From contig OZ244048.1 of assembly GCA_965215265.1 (NCBI GenBank), positions 1,632,001-1,696,000 of the forward strand: a stretch of 64,000 nt of DNA, given 5' to 3'. Positions within the stretch are counted from its first letter, which is position 1. Each line of letters starts with the position of its first letter. The translations under genes and the position numbers were made by a program. The DNA comes from Candidatus Poribacteria bacterium (GTDB taxonomy: Bacteria > Poribacteria > WGA-4E > WGA-3G). The notes beneath the pieces are model-generated. The model made no database searches, was not told the DNA's origin, and was given only the letters and a program-made list of their open reading frames with translations. Positions 31,079-40,559 of this stretch are shown one piece after another.

Positions 31079-32259
31079 TCAGTCTCCTTCTTAGTTTGGG
31101 CAATTGGAATTCGGACTCGGTTAAATTGCAAGCGCCGGTCTCCGCTAAAGGACACCGGTAACAGATAATGGTCTTCAAACACCGTTACATCTTTGGAAAA
31201 AATCCACGCTTTTCCGTCAAAGTAGGACAGGAAAACTTTCTGTGTCCCCCAACCGCTTTCAGGTTTTTCACGTTTTGCATGGATGGCGTTTATGGAAACT
31301 TTATTCCCTAACCTTTCATGGATGTCCTTCACAAAAAATCGAATAGAGACATCCGGTGCCTGCCATTCTGTATCCGCTGTAACTTCTGCAAAATAGGCGT
31401 AGTCTTCTACCGCAATCAGTAGGATTTCTCCACGCGTGTAACGGTAATGTTCCGTCTCAGGATATTCCATGCGGGTTCCGATACGATGGCTGCTCGGCAT
31501 CGGCGGTGCTTCGCTCGGGCGGTATACAACATGGAAGTACGGATGCCCGGAGGGGTTTTCTATGTTCGCAGCCTCGTCCAATCCATATCCAGTAACCTCA
31601 AGCAGATAGTTGTCGCCGCTCGGAATGTTGAGCTGCGTCCGTTCCTCAACGGTATACTCTCTTGTGCCGCCTGCCTCGCGGATGAACCCGGTCAAGAGTT
31701 CGCGTTGTTTGTCCGATTCGACCTCCACATCTGCGCAATAAAAGTTAACAGCGTCACCTCTCCGGTGCTTACTACGGAGGGACGGGCACCCTGGCAACGC
31801 CTGGCTCGCGTTAATCCATTCTGTCCACGTCGCGTGCCCTTGGCGGTTCAAGTCTTTGATTGCCTCCGGCCGATCGCCGAGCCACTTCGCCCACAGATAA
31901 ATTTGATGCTGCTCGGAGTGATAACCCGATAGGATGAGCATCGGGCGATTGAGTAACACTTGGAGTTCATTGAGCAGGTCTACGAGTGCCGGCCGGATCT
32001 GGACATCCGACGGAACATTGTACGTATGCATATCCTCGGAAAAGCGGTATTGTCCTAATACCCCAGCATTGATAACCACATCATCACGGAGAGGTTGTGG
32101 ATGGAAAAACATCGGCGGAATAATCGGTGCCCACCCGCCCAATTCCTCTGAAGAGTCCTTGTGTGCGTAGCTCAGGAGCAACGGTTGTAGACAGAATAGC
32201 AGCAAAAGCACCCAAATGGACATCCGCTTGAAAAAGTGAATTCTAATATTTGCTCTCAA
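31075..32259 (-). CDS. Secreted peptidase M15-like (Zn D-Ala-D-Ala fold) protein with shared C-terminal domain
   Basis: ILSGYHS, SKHRRGDAVNF, YFHV; TTG start after AGGAGG. Confidence 0.55.
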   Translation of the reverse strand: MRANIRIHFFKRMSIWVLLLLFCLQPLLLSYAHKDSSEELGGWAPIIPPMFFHPQPLRDDVVINAGVLGQYRFSEDMHTYNVPSDVQIRPALVDLLNELQVLLNRPMLILSGYHSEQHQIYLWAKWLGDRPEAIKDLNRQGHATWTEWINASQALPGCPSLRSKHRRGDAVNFYCADVEVESDKQRELLTGFIREAGGTREYTVEERTQLNIPSGDNYLLEVTGYGLDEAANIENPSGHPYFHVVYRPSEAPPMPSSHRIGTRMEYPETEHYRYTRGEILLIAVEDYAYFAEVTADTEWQAPDVSIRFFVKDIHERLGNKVSINAIHAKREKPESGWGTQKVFLSYFDGKAWIFSKDVTVFEDHYLLPVSFSGDRRLQFNRVRIPIAQTKKETE

Positions 32260-32292
32260 CAGATAAGCCTCCTTTCTGAAAACCAAATCGAA

Positions 32293-32326
32293 TCCGAGCT
32301 GCACGCAGATCAGAAGAGGTAAAGAT
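32293..32326 (-). other. Post-stop motif and degenerate hairpin (putative DGR IMH/hairpin)
   Basis: TAA-ATCTTTACC then TCTGATCTGC-GT-GCAGCTCGGA; homologous to 58197-58239. Confidence 0.65.
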
Positions 32327-34858
32327 TTAAGGCGTTACAGCCCGCGCACACCGGAACCCGATGTAGGTGGTCGCGTCCGTAGGGGGCCTCATGAGGCGAT
32401 CGGCGACACGCAGGTTTTGGGCAATGTGGGGCCAACCCCCGCCACGCAACACGCGAGTGGACTTAACACTTGTAAAATCATTTACAATCAGATCCAGATT
32501 CGATATGGTGTTCACGTCACTCAGCGGATTCCGAGACGGCGAACTAAAATAGAAATCCGAATCATACGCATCAAGACACCACTCCCACACGTTCCCGGCC
32601 ATATCATACAGCCCATACCCGTTCGCCGCATAACTCCCTACAGGACGGGTGTCCCCTACATTCTGACCGTAGTTCGCCCGCGCAGAGGAGATTGTATTCC
32701 CCCACGGATACTTTAACCCTGATTTCCCACCCCGCGCTGCTTTCTCCCACTCCGCCTCCGTTGGAAGACGCTTACCTGCCCACGCAGAATATGCTATCGC
32801 CGCATACCACGACACATACCTCACAGGATGGTCCCCCTTACCCACTGGATAGTTATTACCTTCCCAACGTCTTAGGTACTTACCATTGTGGAAGGCATCC
32901 GGAATACGCCCCTTCTGCCACTCGGGATTCGCAAGCACGAAACGTTGATACTGCGCGTTCGTCACTTCATACTGGTCCATGTAGAACGCATCCACATACA
33001 CCGTATGCACAGGCTGCTCGTCAGCATCGGCATCGGCATCTTTGCTGCCCATCTGGAAGGCGCCTGCGGGGATGAGCACCATCCCTTCGGGGGCCGCCGG
33101 TGCGGTAGTGCGGGTGGCTGGCGGCGGGATTGGGGGCGTATTACCGGCCGTTCGCCGTCTCGGAAATGAAGGCGTTACAGCCCTCGCGCACCGGAACCCG
33201 GCGTCGTTGAACGCGTACGTTGGTGTATTCCTGAGGCGATCGGCGACACGCAGGTAGCGAGTATCATCGTCCCAACTCCCGCCACGCAACACGCGATAAT
33301 GCTTAACATGTGTAAATCCATCTACAATCTCATCCAGATTCGCGAGCATACTGCCAGACACACCACTCAGCGGATTACTAGACGGAGACTCTGAATAGAA
33401 AGCCGCATCATACGCATCAAGACACCACTCCCACACGTTGCCGGCCATGTCATACAGCCCATACCCGTTCGCAGCATAACTCCCCACAGCCGTTGTACCG
33501 CCTACATTACTAACGTAGTTCGCATGCGCAGAGGAGATTGTATTCCCCCACGGATACTTTAACCCTGATCGTCCACCGCGTGCCGCTTTCTCCCACTCCG
33601 CCTCCGTTGGAAGACGCTTACCTACCCACGCCGCATACGCCATCGCACCATACCACGATACATACGTCACAGGATGGTTCGCCTTACCCGAAGGATAGTT
33701 ATTACCTTCCCAGTGATCTAGGTAGGAACCATCGTGGAGATCGGCCGAAATACGCCCCTTTTGCCACTGCGGGTTCGCAAGCACAAACCGCTTGTATTCC
33801 AAATTCGTCACCTCGTGCATGTCCATGTAGAACGCGTCCACATGCACCGTCCGCACAAGCTGCTCGTCAGCATCGGCATCGGCATCTTTGCTGCCCATCT
33901 GGAAGTCGCCTGCGGGGATGAGCACCATCCCTTCGGGGGCCGACGGTGCGGTAGTGCGGGTGGCCGGCGGCGGGATTGGGCGCGTATTACCGGCCGTTCG
34001 CCGTTCCGGAAATGAAGGCGTTACAGCCCTCGCACACCGGAACCCGAAGTTGCTGAACGCGGACGTCGGGGGTGAATCCCCGCGGCGAAAAGCGGCACGC
34101 AGGAGCCGTGCAGGACCGTTCCAACTCCCGCCACGCAACACGCGAAGTGACCTAACATGTGTATAGTCATTTACAATCTCATCCAGATTCGATATGGTGT
34201 TCACGTCGCTCAGCGGATTACGAGCCGGCGAATTAAAATAGAAATCCGAATCATAAGCGTCCAGACACCACTCCCACACGTTCCCTGCCATGTCATATAG
34301 CCCATACCCGTTCGCAGCATAACTCCCCACAGCCGTTGTATAGTTTACATTCCTATCGTAGTTCGCATCGTTCGGCGTTATCGTGTCTCCCCGCGGGTAT
34401 TTCTTACCAACTAACCCACCGCGCGCCGCTTTTTCCCACTCCGCCTCCGTCGGTAGACGCTTACCTGTCCATGCCGCATACGCCATCGCACCATACCACG
34501 ACACATTTACCACCGGATGGTTCGCCTTACCTGCTGGATAGTTATTACCATTCCAATGTTTTAGGTAATTACCATTGTGGAGCGTGCGGGGGATGCGCGT
34601 CTTTTGCCATTGGGGGTTCGCCAGCACAAACCGCTTGTATTCCAGATTCGTCACCTCGTGCGTGTCCATGTAGAACGCGTCCACATGCACCGTGTGCACA
34701 GGCTGCTCGTTATTACCGGCATCGGCAGCCTCACTGCCCATCCGGAATGTGCCACCGGGGATGAGCACCATACCTTCGGGGGCCGCCGGTGCGGTAGTGC
34801 GGGTGGCCGGCGGCGGGATTGGGCGCGTATTACCGGCCGTTCGCCGTTTCGGAAATGA
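32327..34858 (-). repeat. Three tandem ~840-bp linker+FGE modules
   Basis: Units 32327-33166, 33167-34012, 34013-34858; internal units end GCTGTAACGCCT-TCA where the terminal unit has GCTGTAACGCCT-TAA. Confidence 0.9.
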
Positions 34859-35746
34859 ATACGCGTAAGGCTTCTGGGTTGTCTGACCTATTTTATTCAG
34901 TTTCCGCTGGTTAGATGAAAGGAACGTTGTCTCATTGAAAAGTTTTTGTGTTTTCTGTTGCGTCAGTGCAAAGACCTCGCGCCACGACAGGAATCTATCA
35001 GAATCTCTATCTGCCTCCGCAGTGAAACTATCGAGCAGTGACACAGTGAAATACCCACCGATATCGTCATTTCCCCAGGCGTATTCACCAGCCGACGCAG
35101 CCGTGATGTCCAGAAAACCGCGATGTTCTAAAAACAGATTTTTGGTGTACCGCCGCTCTCTTGACTGAACTCTGGCGTAACGGCGTGCAATCGTTGGTGG
35201 TGCTTGAACCCGATTACTACACGTGTCCGTAATCAGCAGCTTTAACCGGCCTGCTTTGTCCTTCAACACGTTACGAATTCCATCCCGGGAGACAAAATCG
35301 TTCGTGACTTCCGGGTCAAAGTTGAGAATGTGGGTGCCAAAAGCATCCATACTTCCGTGTCCACTATAGTAGATGAGAACTGTATCATCATCGTTCGGAT
35401 GCAACTCTCGGAGCCATTGACCCACCTGTTTCGCTTTGATAATCCCCTGCTTTTCTTCCTGAATGCCGCGTGAATCGGTGTTGGACAGCGTGAACTCCTT
35501 GACCATTCCGTCGATTTCGGTTTCCGATTTCATCAGAGTCACGTGCACCTCACAGTCTTCGGACACCTGCCTCAGCAAGGTTTGCATCTTACTCTCATTT
35601 TTCTCGACGCTCGTCCGGATATCTGCATCGTTTCCCAGGATTACCAGCAGCGCGTGCACCTTTTGTGCATCGGCTGAGGGGGCGGCAACAAGAAAGGAAA
35701 CCAAGACGAAGAACCCTATAGCGTGGACAACTTGTTTTGCAATCAT
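32327..35746 (-). CDS. Secreted caspase-like C14 domain + three tandem FGE-sulfatase (CLec-fold) domains; putative DGR target
   Basis: YYSGHG/LITDTC; 3x (FxMGS, RLPTEAEWEKAARGG, DMAGNVWEWC, RVLRGGxW...GFRCAR); no catalytic FGE cysteine pair. Confidence 0.88.
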   Translation of the reverse strand: MIAKQVVHAIGFFVLVSFLVAAPSADAQKVHALLVILGNDADIRTSVEKNESKMQTLLRQVSEDCEVHVTLMKSETEIDGMVKEFTLSNTDSRGIQEEKQGIIKAKQVGQWLRELHPNDDDTVLIYYSGHGSMDAFGTHILNFDPEVTNDFVSRDGIRNVLKDKAGRLKLLITDTCSNRVQAPPTIARRYARVQSRERRYTKNLFLEHRGFLDITAASAGEYAWGNDDIGGYFTVSLLDSFTAEADRDSDRFLSWREVFALTQQKTQKLFNETTFLSSNQRKLNKIGQTTQKPYAYSFPKRRTAGNTRPIPPPATRTTAPAAPEGMVLIPGGTFRMGSEAADAGNNEQPVHTVHVDAFYMDTHEVTNLEYKRFVLANPQWQKTRIPRTLHNGNYLKHWNGNNYPAGKANHPVVNVSWYGAMAYAAWTGKRLPTEAEWEKAARGGLVGKKYPRGDTITPNDANYDRNVNYTTAVGSYAANGYGLYDMAGNVWEWCLDAYDSDFYFNSPARNPLSDVNTISNLDEIVNDYTHVRSLRVLRGGSWNGPARLLRAAFRRGDSPPTSAFSNFGFRCARAVTPSFPERRTAGNTRPIPPPATRTTAPSAPEGMVLIPAGDFQMGSKDADADADEQLVRTVHVDAFYMDMHEVTNLEYKRFVLANPQWQKGRISADLHDGSYLDHWEGNNYPSGKANHPVTYVSWYGAMAYAAWVGKRLPTEAEWEKAARGGRSGLKYPWGNTISSAHANYVSNVGGTTAVGSYAANGYGLYDMAGNVWEWCLDAYDAAFYSESPSSNPLSGVSGSMLANLDEIVDGFTHVKHYRVLRGGSWDDDTRYLRVADRLRNTPTYAFNDAGFRCARAVTPSFPRRRTAGNTPPIPPPATRTTAPAAPEGMVLIPAGAFQMGSKDADADADEQPVHTVYVDAFYMDQYEVTNAQYQRFVLANPEWQKGRIPDAFHNGKYLRRWEGNNYPVGKGDHPVRYVSWYAAIAYSAWAGKRLPTEAEWEKAARGGKSGLKYPWGNTISSARANYGQNVGDTRPVGSYAANGYGLYDMAGNVWEWCLDAYDSDFYFSSPSRNPLSDVNTISNLDLIVNDFTSVKSTRVLRGGGWPHIAQNLRVADRLMRPPTDATTYIGFRCARAVTP

Positions 35747-35806
35747 CTCCTCCTCCTAAAAGACATTTCGCATTACCTACAACGAGTTAGATTTCTATGC
35801 TACACA

Positions 35807-35835
35807 ATTATAGAGTAAAAAACATTTTTAGTCAA
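35807..35835 (-). promoter_or_regulatory. Sigma-70 promoter of the caspase/FGE operon
   Basis: TTGACT-17 nt-TATAAT on the minus strand. Confidence 0.65.
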
Positions 35836-35854
35836 GAAAAATTTAAACCGTTGA

Positions 35855-35887
35855 TAGGCATACCGCACCAATCGCCCGGTATGCCTA
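35855..35887 (-). terminator. Hairpin downstream of the 2-hydroxyacid dehydrogenase gene
   Basis: TAGGCATACCG-11 nt-CGGTATGCCTA; no clear U tract. Confidence 0.45.
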
Positions 35888-35912
35888 CTGGTAAGTGCAG
35901 ATACTTCCGCTG

Positions 35913-36860
35913 TTAGAATCCGAGTTGTTTGTTGACAACATTCTGCAGTAGTTCTCCTTTGAGGTACCGTTCAAGATTATCAAGGAAAAATTCCGTTGCT
36001 CGGCGTGCCCGATGTTGGGAGCCGCCTGCAGCGTGTGGGGTTATGATGACGTTGTCTAAATCCCACAATGGGCTCTCTTTAGGCAGCGGTTCCACTTCTG
36101 TAACATCCAATCCTGCGCCTGCAATTTTGCCTGCCTGCAGCACCTCAATGAGGTCAGGTTCGTTGACAATGGGCCCGCGTGCGACGTTAATAAAAAAGGC
36201 TGTGGATTGCATGACACCTAGGTTGCTGGCGTTAATCAGGCCGCGTGTCTCCTCCGTTAATGGACACGCAATCATGACGATATCGACGCGGCTCATCGCG
36301 TCTGCGAGCTGCGCTATGGGCAGCAGTTCATCAACGTTGTCGGGTTTATCGGTGCGATAGGCATCGACTCCGATGACGTACATATCAAACCCTTTTGCGC
36401 GTTTAGTCATCTGCATGCCGATGCCTCCCAGGCCGACAATGCAGATTTTGAAACCGTCAATTTCAATCATAGGCGACTTGCTACCGCCCCACTGATGGTT
36501 ATCTTGGTTTCGCACGAAATGGTGGATACCGCGTGCCAAACCGAGGAGTAACGCGAATGCCTGGTCGGCGACGTGAGGTCCGTATAACCCAGCGGCGTTC
36601 GTTAATACGACATCACTGTTGCGGAGGGCCGGATACATGTGCCGGTCCATGCCCGCGCTGGATGCCTGAATCCATTTGATGTTAGGTAGGTGTGGGAAAA
36701 TCTCTTCGCTACAGAAGCCGTAGAAGACCTCGGCATCTTTCCCCTCTTCAACGAGTTCCTCGCGTGAACTAGGTGTGACGAAGGTGTGTTCATCGCCTGC
36801 AATGTCTTCTAAGCGTTTGAGGAGTTCGCCTTCTAAACGTCCTTGTAATAAAATTTTCAT
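35913..36860 (-). CDS. D-isomer-specific 2-hydroxyacid dehydrogenase
   Basis: VGLGGIG, INVARG, LDVTEVEPL, TPHAAG. Confidence 0.92.
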   Translation of the reverse strand: MKILLQGRLEGELLKRLEDIAGDEHTFVTPSSREELVEEGKDAEVFYGFCSEEIFPHLPNIKWIQASSAGMDRHMYPALRNSDVVLTNAAGLYGPHVADQAFALLLGLARGIHHFVRNQDNHQWGGSKSPMIEIDGFKICIVGLGGIGMQMTKRAKGFDMYVIGVDAYRTDKPDNVDELLPIAQLADAMSRVDIVMIACPLTEETRGLINASNLGVMQSTAFFINVARGPIVNEPDLIEVLQAGKIAGAGLDVTEVEPLPKESPLWDLDNVIITPHAAGGSQHRARRATEFFLDNLERYLKGELLQNVVNKQLGF

Positions 36861-36948
36861 AAATTCATGTCCCTTTCTAATCTCATATTGGTAGTTTTCA
36901 CGGATGGATTGTCGTCAGGAACGTCCTGTGCTTTTCCATCCTTCCTTT

Positions 36949-37848
36949 CTATTCCTGCCATGGTGGGGTTTCTGGTAACAATTCCTGAAAGGTGCTCAGC
37001 AGTTGTTCCGCGTAGGGACCTGCGTATTGTTGGTTAAAAAATAGATGCATGGCTTCGTCAAGGAACTGTGCCCAGGAGGTATCTTCGGCACCAGGGTTGA
37101 CAGGAAAAAATAGAGCCCCTACGTCGCGTGCTGCTTTTAAGTCGCCGGGCGAATCTCCGAGCATCAAGACGTGGTTTTCAGGGTATCTATCTTTCGTGGT
37201 AATAGTCAGATGTTCTGTTTTACTTCCCATTTCCTGTCCGGCGATGAGCGCGACGTACGAGTCGAGGCGGTGTTCAGCCCATTCGCGTCTGAGTGCCTCA
37301 TCCGGCGTAGCAGAAACGACGATGACATCTGCTTTACCTTGGAGGCTTTGCAGCGTTTCGTGCACGCCGGGAAACGGGGGCAGGTTGTAGACAATCTCTG
37401 CAACGCTTTCGTTCACGCCGAGGCTCCATTCCATAACCTGACTCAGTTCGTCTCGTCTTTCACCGGTTGCAGTGTCAATCGCTTGTTGAAGGGCGGGGTT
37501 GCCGAGTTTGGTTTCCGTTTCCGTCCATTCCCGCAAGTGAGGGAGTTCTGGTACGTTCACACCCATTTTCTGGACGAGGGGCATTTCACGTAAGAAATCA
37601 CACGAGAGCAGGATTGCTTTAAACCGGTTGGTGCCACGTGTCGTGGAGTAGAGATTGACAAAATCCCACACCTGATGCACCTGTCGGGAAATAGAGGCGA
37701 GCCCGAAATGTTTAACTAGGTTGACGCTGAAACAGTCGTTGTGTTTTACCTCCATGCTGTTGAAAACACAACCGTCAGAATCAATTCCGACGAAAAAGTC
37801 GTGTTGGGGTTGAAAGGCGTGTAGTGCTTGTTGTGGTTCGTGAGCCAC
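36949..37848 (-). CDS. HAD-family hydrolase
   Basis: GIDSDGCVF motif I, VVSAT motif II, GDSPGD motif IV. Confidence 0.85.
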   Translation of the reverse strand: MAHEPQQALHAFQPQHDFFVGIDSDGCVFNSMEVKHNDCFSVNLVKHFGLASISRQVHQVWDFVNLYSTTRGTNRFKAILLSCDFLREMPLVQKMGVNVPELPHLREWTETETKLGNPALQQAIDTATGERRDELSQVMEWSLGVNESVAEIVYNLPPFPGVHETLQSLQGKADVIVVSATPDEALRREWAEHRLDSYVALIAGQEMGSKTEHLTITTKDRYPENHVLMLGDSPGDLKAARDVGALFFPVNPGAEDTSWAQFLDEAMHLFFNQQYAGPYAEQLLSTFQELLPETPPWQE

Positions 37849-37874
37849 TCTTTTCCTCCTTTGTGCTGCTCAAA

Positions 37875-39338
37875 TTATTCGACAATGACTTCTGGGCGGC
37901 CGTCTAACATCCATTCGGTGTGGAATACGGTCGGTTCACCATCTTTCCCGAGTACGGGGTTTCCATTTCGATCGAGTTTATGGTAGGTATGCGCGCCGAA
38001 GTAATCACGCATTGCCTGAATCAGATTCGCCGAAAGTCTACCGCTGCGGTAACTGTCGAAATAGGCAAGGGCGGAGCTGAACGCCGGTATCGGGATGCCG
38101 AGTTGCGTCGCAGTGGCGATGACATGCCGCCAGTGCGGCTGCGCGTTCTCGATGACTTCACGGAAATAGTCATCGAGCAACAGGTTCGGCAAAGCGCTGT
38201 TTCTCTCAAATGCTTCCGCGATGCGATGCAAGAATTTCGCGCGGATGATACAGCCGCCCCGCCATCCTAAACTAATGCTACCGAGGTTCAAGTCCCAATC
38301 AAACTCCCGGCTCGCTTCACGCATCAAGGCGAACCCTTGTGCATAAGAGCAGATCTTGGCGGCGTAAAGCGCGTCGTGAATCGCTTTGAGGAATGCATCA
38401 CGGTCGCCTTGGTATATGCCACTGGGGCCCTTGATAATTTGTGATGCATCTACCCGTTCGTTTTTAATCGCGGAGATACAGCGTGCAAAAACTGCTTCAG
38501 CAATAGTCGGTGCGGCGATACCGAGGTCGAGGGCGGAAATGCTCGTCCATTTACCCGTGCCTTTCTGCCCAGCCCCATCTAGCACAACATCAACGAAAGG
38601 GGTGCCGCTTGCATCTGATTGGGTGAAGATGTCAGCGGTAATTTCAATGAGGTAGGAATTCAGTTCACCGCGATTCCATTGGCTGAAAACTTCGTGCATC
38701 TCAGGTGCGTTCATCCCCAATGTATTTTGCATCAGTGCGTATGCTTCGCAGATGAGTTGCATATCGCCGTATTCGATGCCGTTATGCACCATTTTGACGT
38801 AATGCCCCGCACCGTTGGGACCGATATAAGAACAGCACGGTACACCATCCACCTGCGCTGCAATCTGCGTAAAGATCGGCTCAACCAGGGCGTAAGCCTC
38901 TAGTGAACCGCCCGGCATCATTGCCGGTCCCTTGAGGGCCCCTTCCTCTCCACCGGAGATTCCAGTGCCAATGAAGAGGATATCGTGTTCAGCAAGTTGT
39001 GCATGGCGGCGCATTGTATCCATGAAATTGGAATTGCCACCATCAATAATCAGATCGCCTTTTGAGAGGTGGGGTATTAATTGTTCGATAAATCCGTCAA
39101 CAGGTTCCCCCGCCTTGACCATTAAAATAATCTTGCGCGGTGTTTTCAATTTCGCAATCAGTTCTGAAATAGAATGCGCGCCTATGATATTTTTTTGCTT
39201 CGCGGCACCTGTGATGAAATCGTCAACTCTTGACACGGTGCGATTGAAGACTGCAACGTCGAACCCTCTGCTCTCTATGTTAAGCGCCAGGTTCTCTCCC
39301 ATGACTGCCAATCCGATAAGTCCGATATCTGCTGCCAA
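37875..39338 (-). CDS. gnd: 6-phosphogluconate dehydrogenase (NADP, decarboxylating)
   Basis: GLAVMG, VKMVHNGIEYGDMQ, QKGTGKW, QAMRDYFGAHTY. Confidence 0.96.
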   Translation of the reverse strand: MAADIGLIGLAVMGENLALNIESRGFDVAVFNRTVSRVDDFITGAAKQKNIIGAHSISELIAKLKTPRKIILMVKAGEPVDGFIEQLIPHLSKGDLIIDGGNSNFMDTMRRHAQLAEHDILFIGTGISGGEEGALKGPAMMPGGSLEAYALVEPIFTQIAAQVDGVPCCSYIGPNGAGHYVKMVHNGIEYGDMQLICEAYALMQNTLGMNAPEMHEVFSQWNRGELNSYLIEITADIFTQSDASGTPFVDVVLDGAGQKGTGKWTSISALDLGIAAPTIAEAVFARCISAIKNERVDASQIIKGPSGIYQGDRDAFLKAIHDALYAAKICSYAQGFALMREASREFDWDLNLGSISLGWRGGCIIRAKFLHRIAEAFERNSALPNLLLDDYFREVIENAQPHWRHVIATATQLGIPIPAFSSALAYFDSYRSGRLSANLIQAMRDYFGAHTYHKLDRNGNPVLGKDGEPTVFHTEWMLDGRPEVIVE

Positions 39339-39372
39339 ATTTGTGTTCCTCCGATTATTTTTGATTTGTTTG

Positions 39373-39401
39373 ATTGTATAATAGTTGTGTGATTATGTCA
39401 A
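39373..39401 (-). promoter_or_regulatory. Sigma-70 promoter for gnd
   Basis: TTGACA-17 nt-TACAAT on the minus strand. Confidence 0.7.
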
Positions 39402-39479
39402 CCAAAAAAAGCAGGTATATTTGTGTTCTAAAACTGTCTAAAGTGGTATTAGCTGCTGCTGGTAACTCAAAAGATGAAT

Positions 39480-39507
39480 TTGACAAAAGCGTAAAACCGG
39501 GTATAAT
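39480..39507 (+). promoter_or_regulatory. Sigma-70 promoter for the SDR gene
   Basis: TTGACA-16 nt-TATAAT. Confidence 0.7.
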
Positions 39508-39650
39508 TAAACTTAACGAAGGTTAAATTTCTTACGATAAAGCGGATTGCTAGTAAGCTTTGGGCTATTCACGCAATTAAAAGACGAGAAGTTAACAGAC
39601 CCTCTGTTTAAGCGGGGATCGGAATTATACACAATAAGAGGAAAGCTTTA

Positions 39651-40424
39651 ATGGTACTCAAAGATCGCGTCAGCATCGTGACAGGTGGTAGTTCAGGCAT
39701 CGGGCGCGGAATCGCGCTTGAATTTGCACGCGAGGGTGCGCGTGTTATCATCGCGGATAAGCAGGAGGCACCGCTTCAAGGTAAATATCACGAAATGGAT
39801 GTTACAACGCCAACCGTTGCAGAAATTGAGAAACTGGGGGCGGAAGGAAGATTCATCCAAACCGATGTCGCCGATGAATCACAAGTAGCAGAAATGATTC
39901 AGCAGACCGTCCAACACTTCGGCGGTGTGGACATTCTGGTTAATAACGCCGGTATCCATATCCCTGGTGGCATACAAGCCATCTCGATTGCGGATTGGGA
40001 CCTAGTAGTTCGTGTTAACCTCCGTGGGGTTTTTGTGGCAACTAAACTCGTCATCCCCCATTTGAAAGCATCTAAATTTGGAAGAATTATCCAGATTGCG
40101 TCTGTGCATGCCTACGGTGGCGGGGCGGGTCCTGCGTACGCTCCGGCGAAAGCAGGGGTTATCAACCTTGTTCGCGATACTGCGTTAGAATTGGGACAAT
40201 TCGGGATCACTGTCAATGCTATCTGCCCTGGTTATATCGAGACAGCCATTCAAGACTACCTCACCCCGGAACAGATTGCGGAAGCGTTGGAGAAGACCGC
40301 TCTGCCACGTTTTGGACTGCCGAGAGACATCGGGCGGGCAGCGGTCTTCCTCGCGTCCGACGATGCAGAATGGATTACCGGTGCTTCCTTATTGGTTGAT
40401 GGTGGTTTTGCTGCTGGGATTTAG
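39651..40424 (+). CDS. SDR family oxidoreductase
   Basis: TGGSSGIG, NNAG, YAPAK. Confidence 0.93.
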   Translation: MVLKDRVSIVTGGSSGIGRGIALEFAREGARVIIADKQEAPLQGKYHEMDVTTPTVAEIEKLGAEGRFIQTDVADESQVAEMIQQTVQHFGGVDILVNNAGIHIPGGIQAISIADWDLVVRVNLRGVFVATKLVIPHLKASKFGRIIQIASVHAYGGGAGPAYAPAKAGVINLVRDTALELGQFGITVNAICPGYIETAIQDYLTPEQIAEALEKTALPRFGLPRDIGRAAVFLASDDAEWITGASLLVDGGFAAGI

Positions 40425-40559
40425 GGGGACGTGCTATCCGCTATCTATGATGCGCGATGGTTGCGAACATCACTAAACGTCTTTTGCGGATTTACGTCAA
40501 ATTCCCTATACCTTTCAATATCCTAACATCTTAATTGAAAACATCTTTGCCTAGCAAAG

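Noticed and set aside
32327-34858. True formylglycine-generating enzymes
   Set aside because: The catalytic Cys pair after RGGS is absent; that segment is the variable region
32692-34858. Repeated plus-strand ORFs (MYSPTDTL..., MEGIRNTP...)
   Set aside because: Antisense shadows of the repeated FGE modules, like most short ORFs in the track
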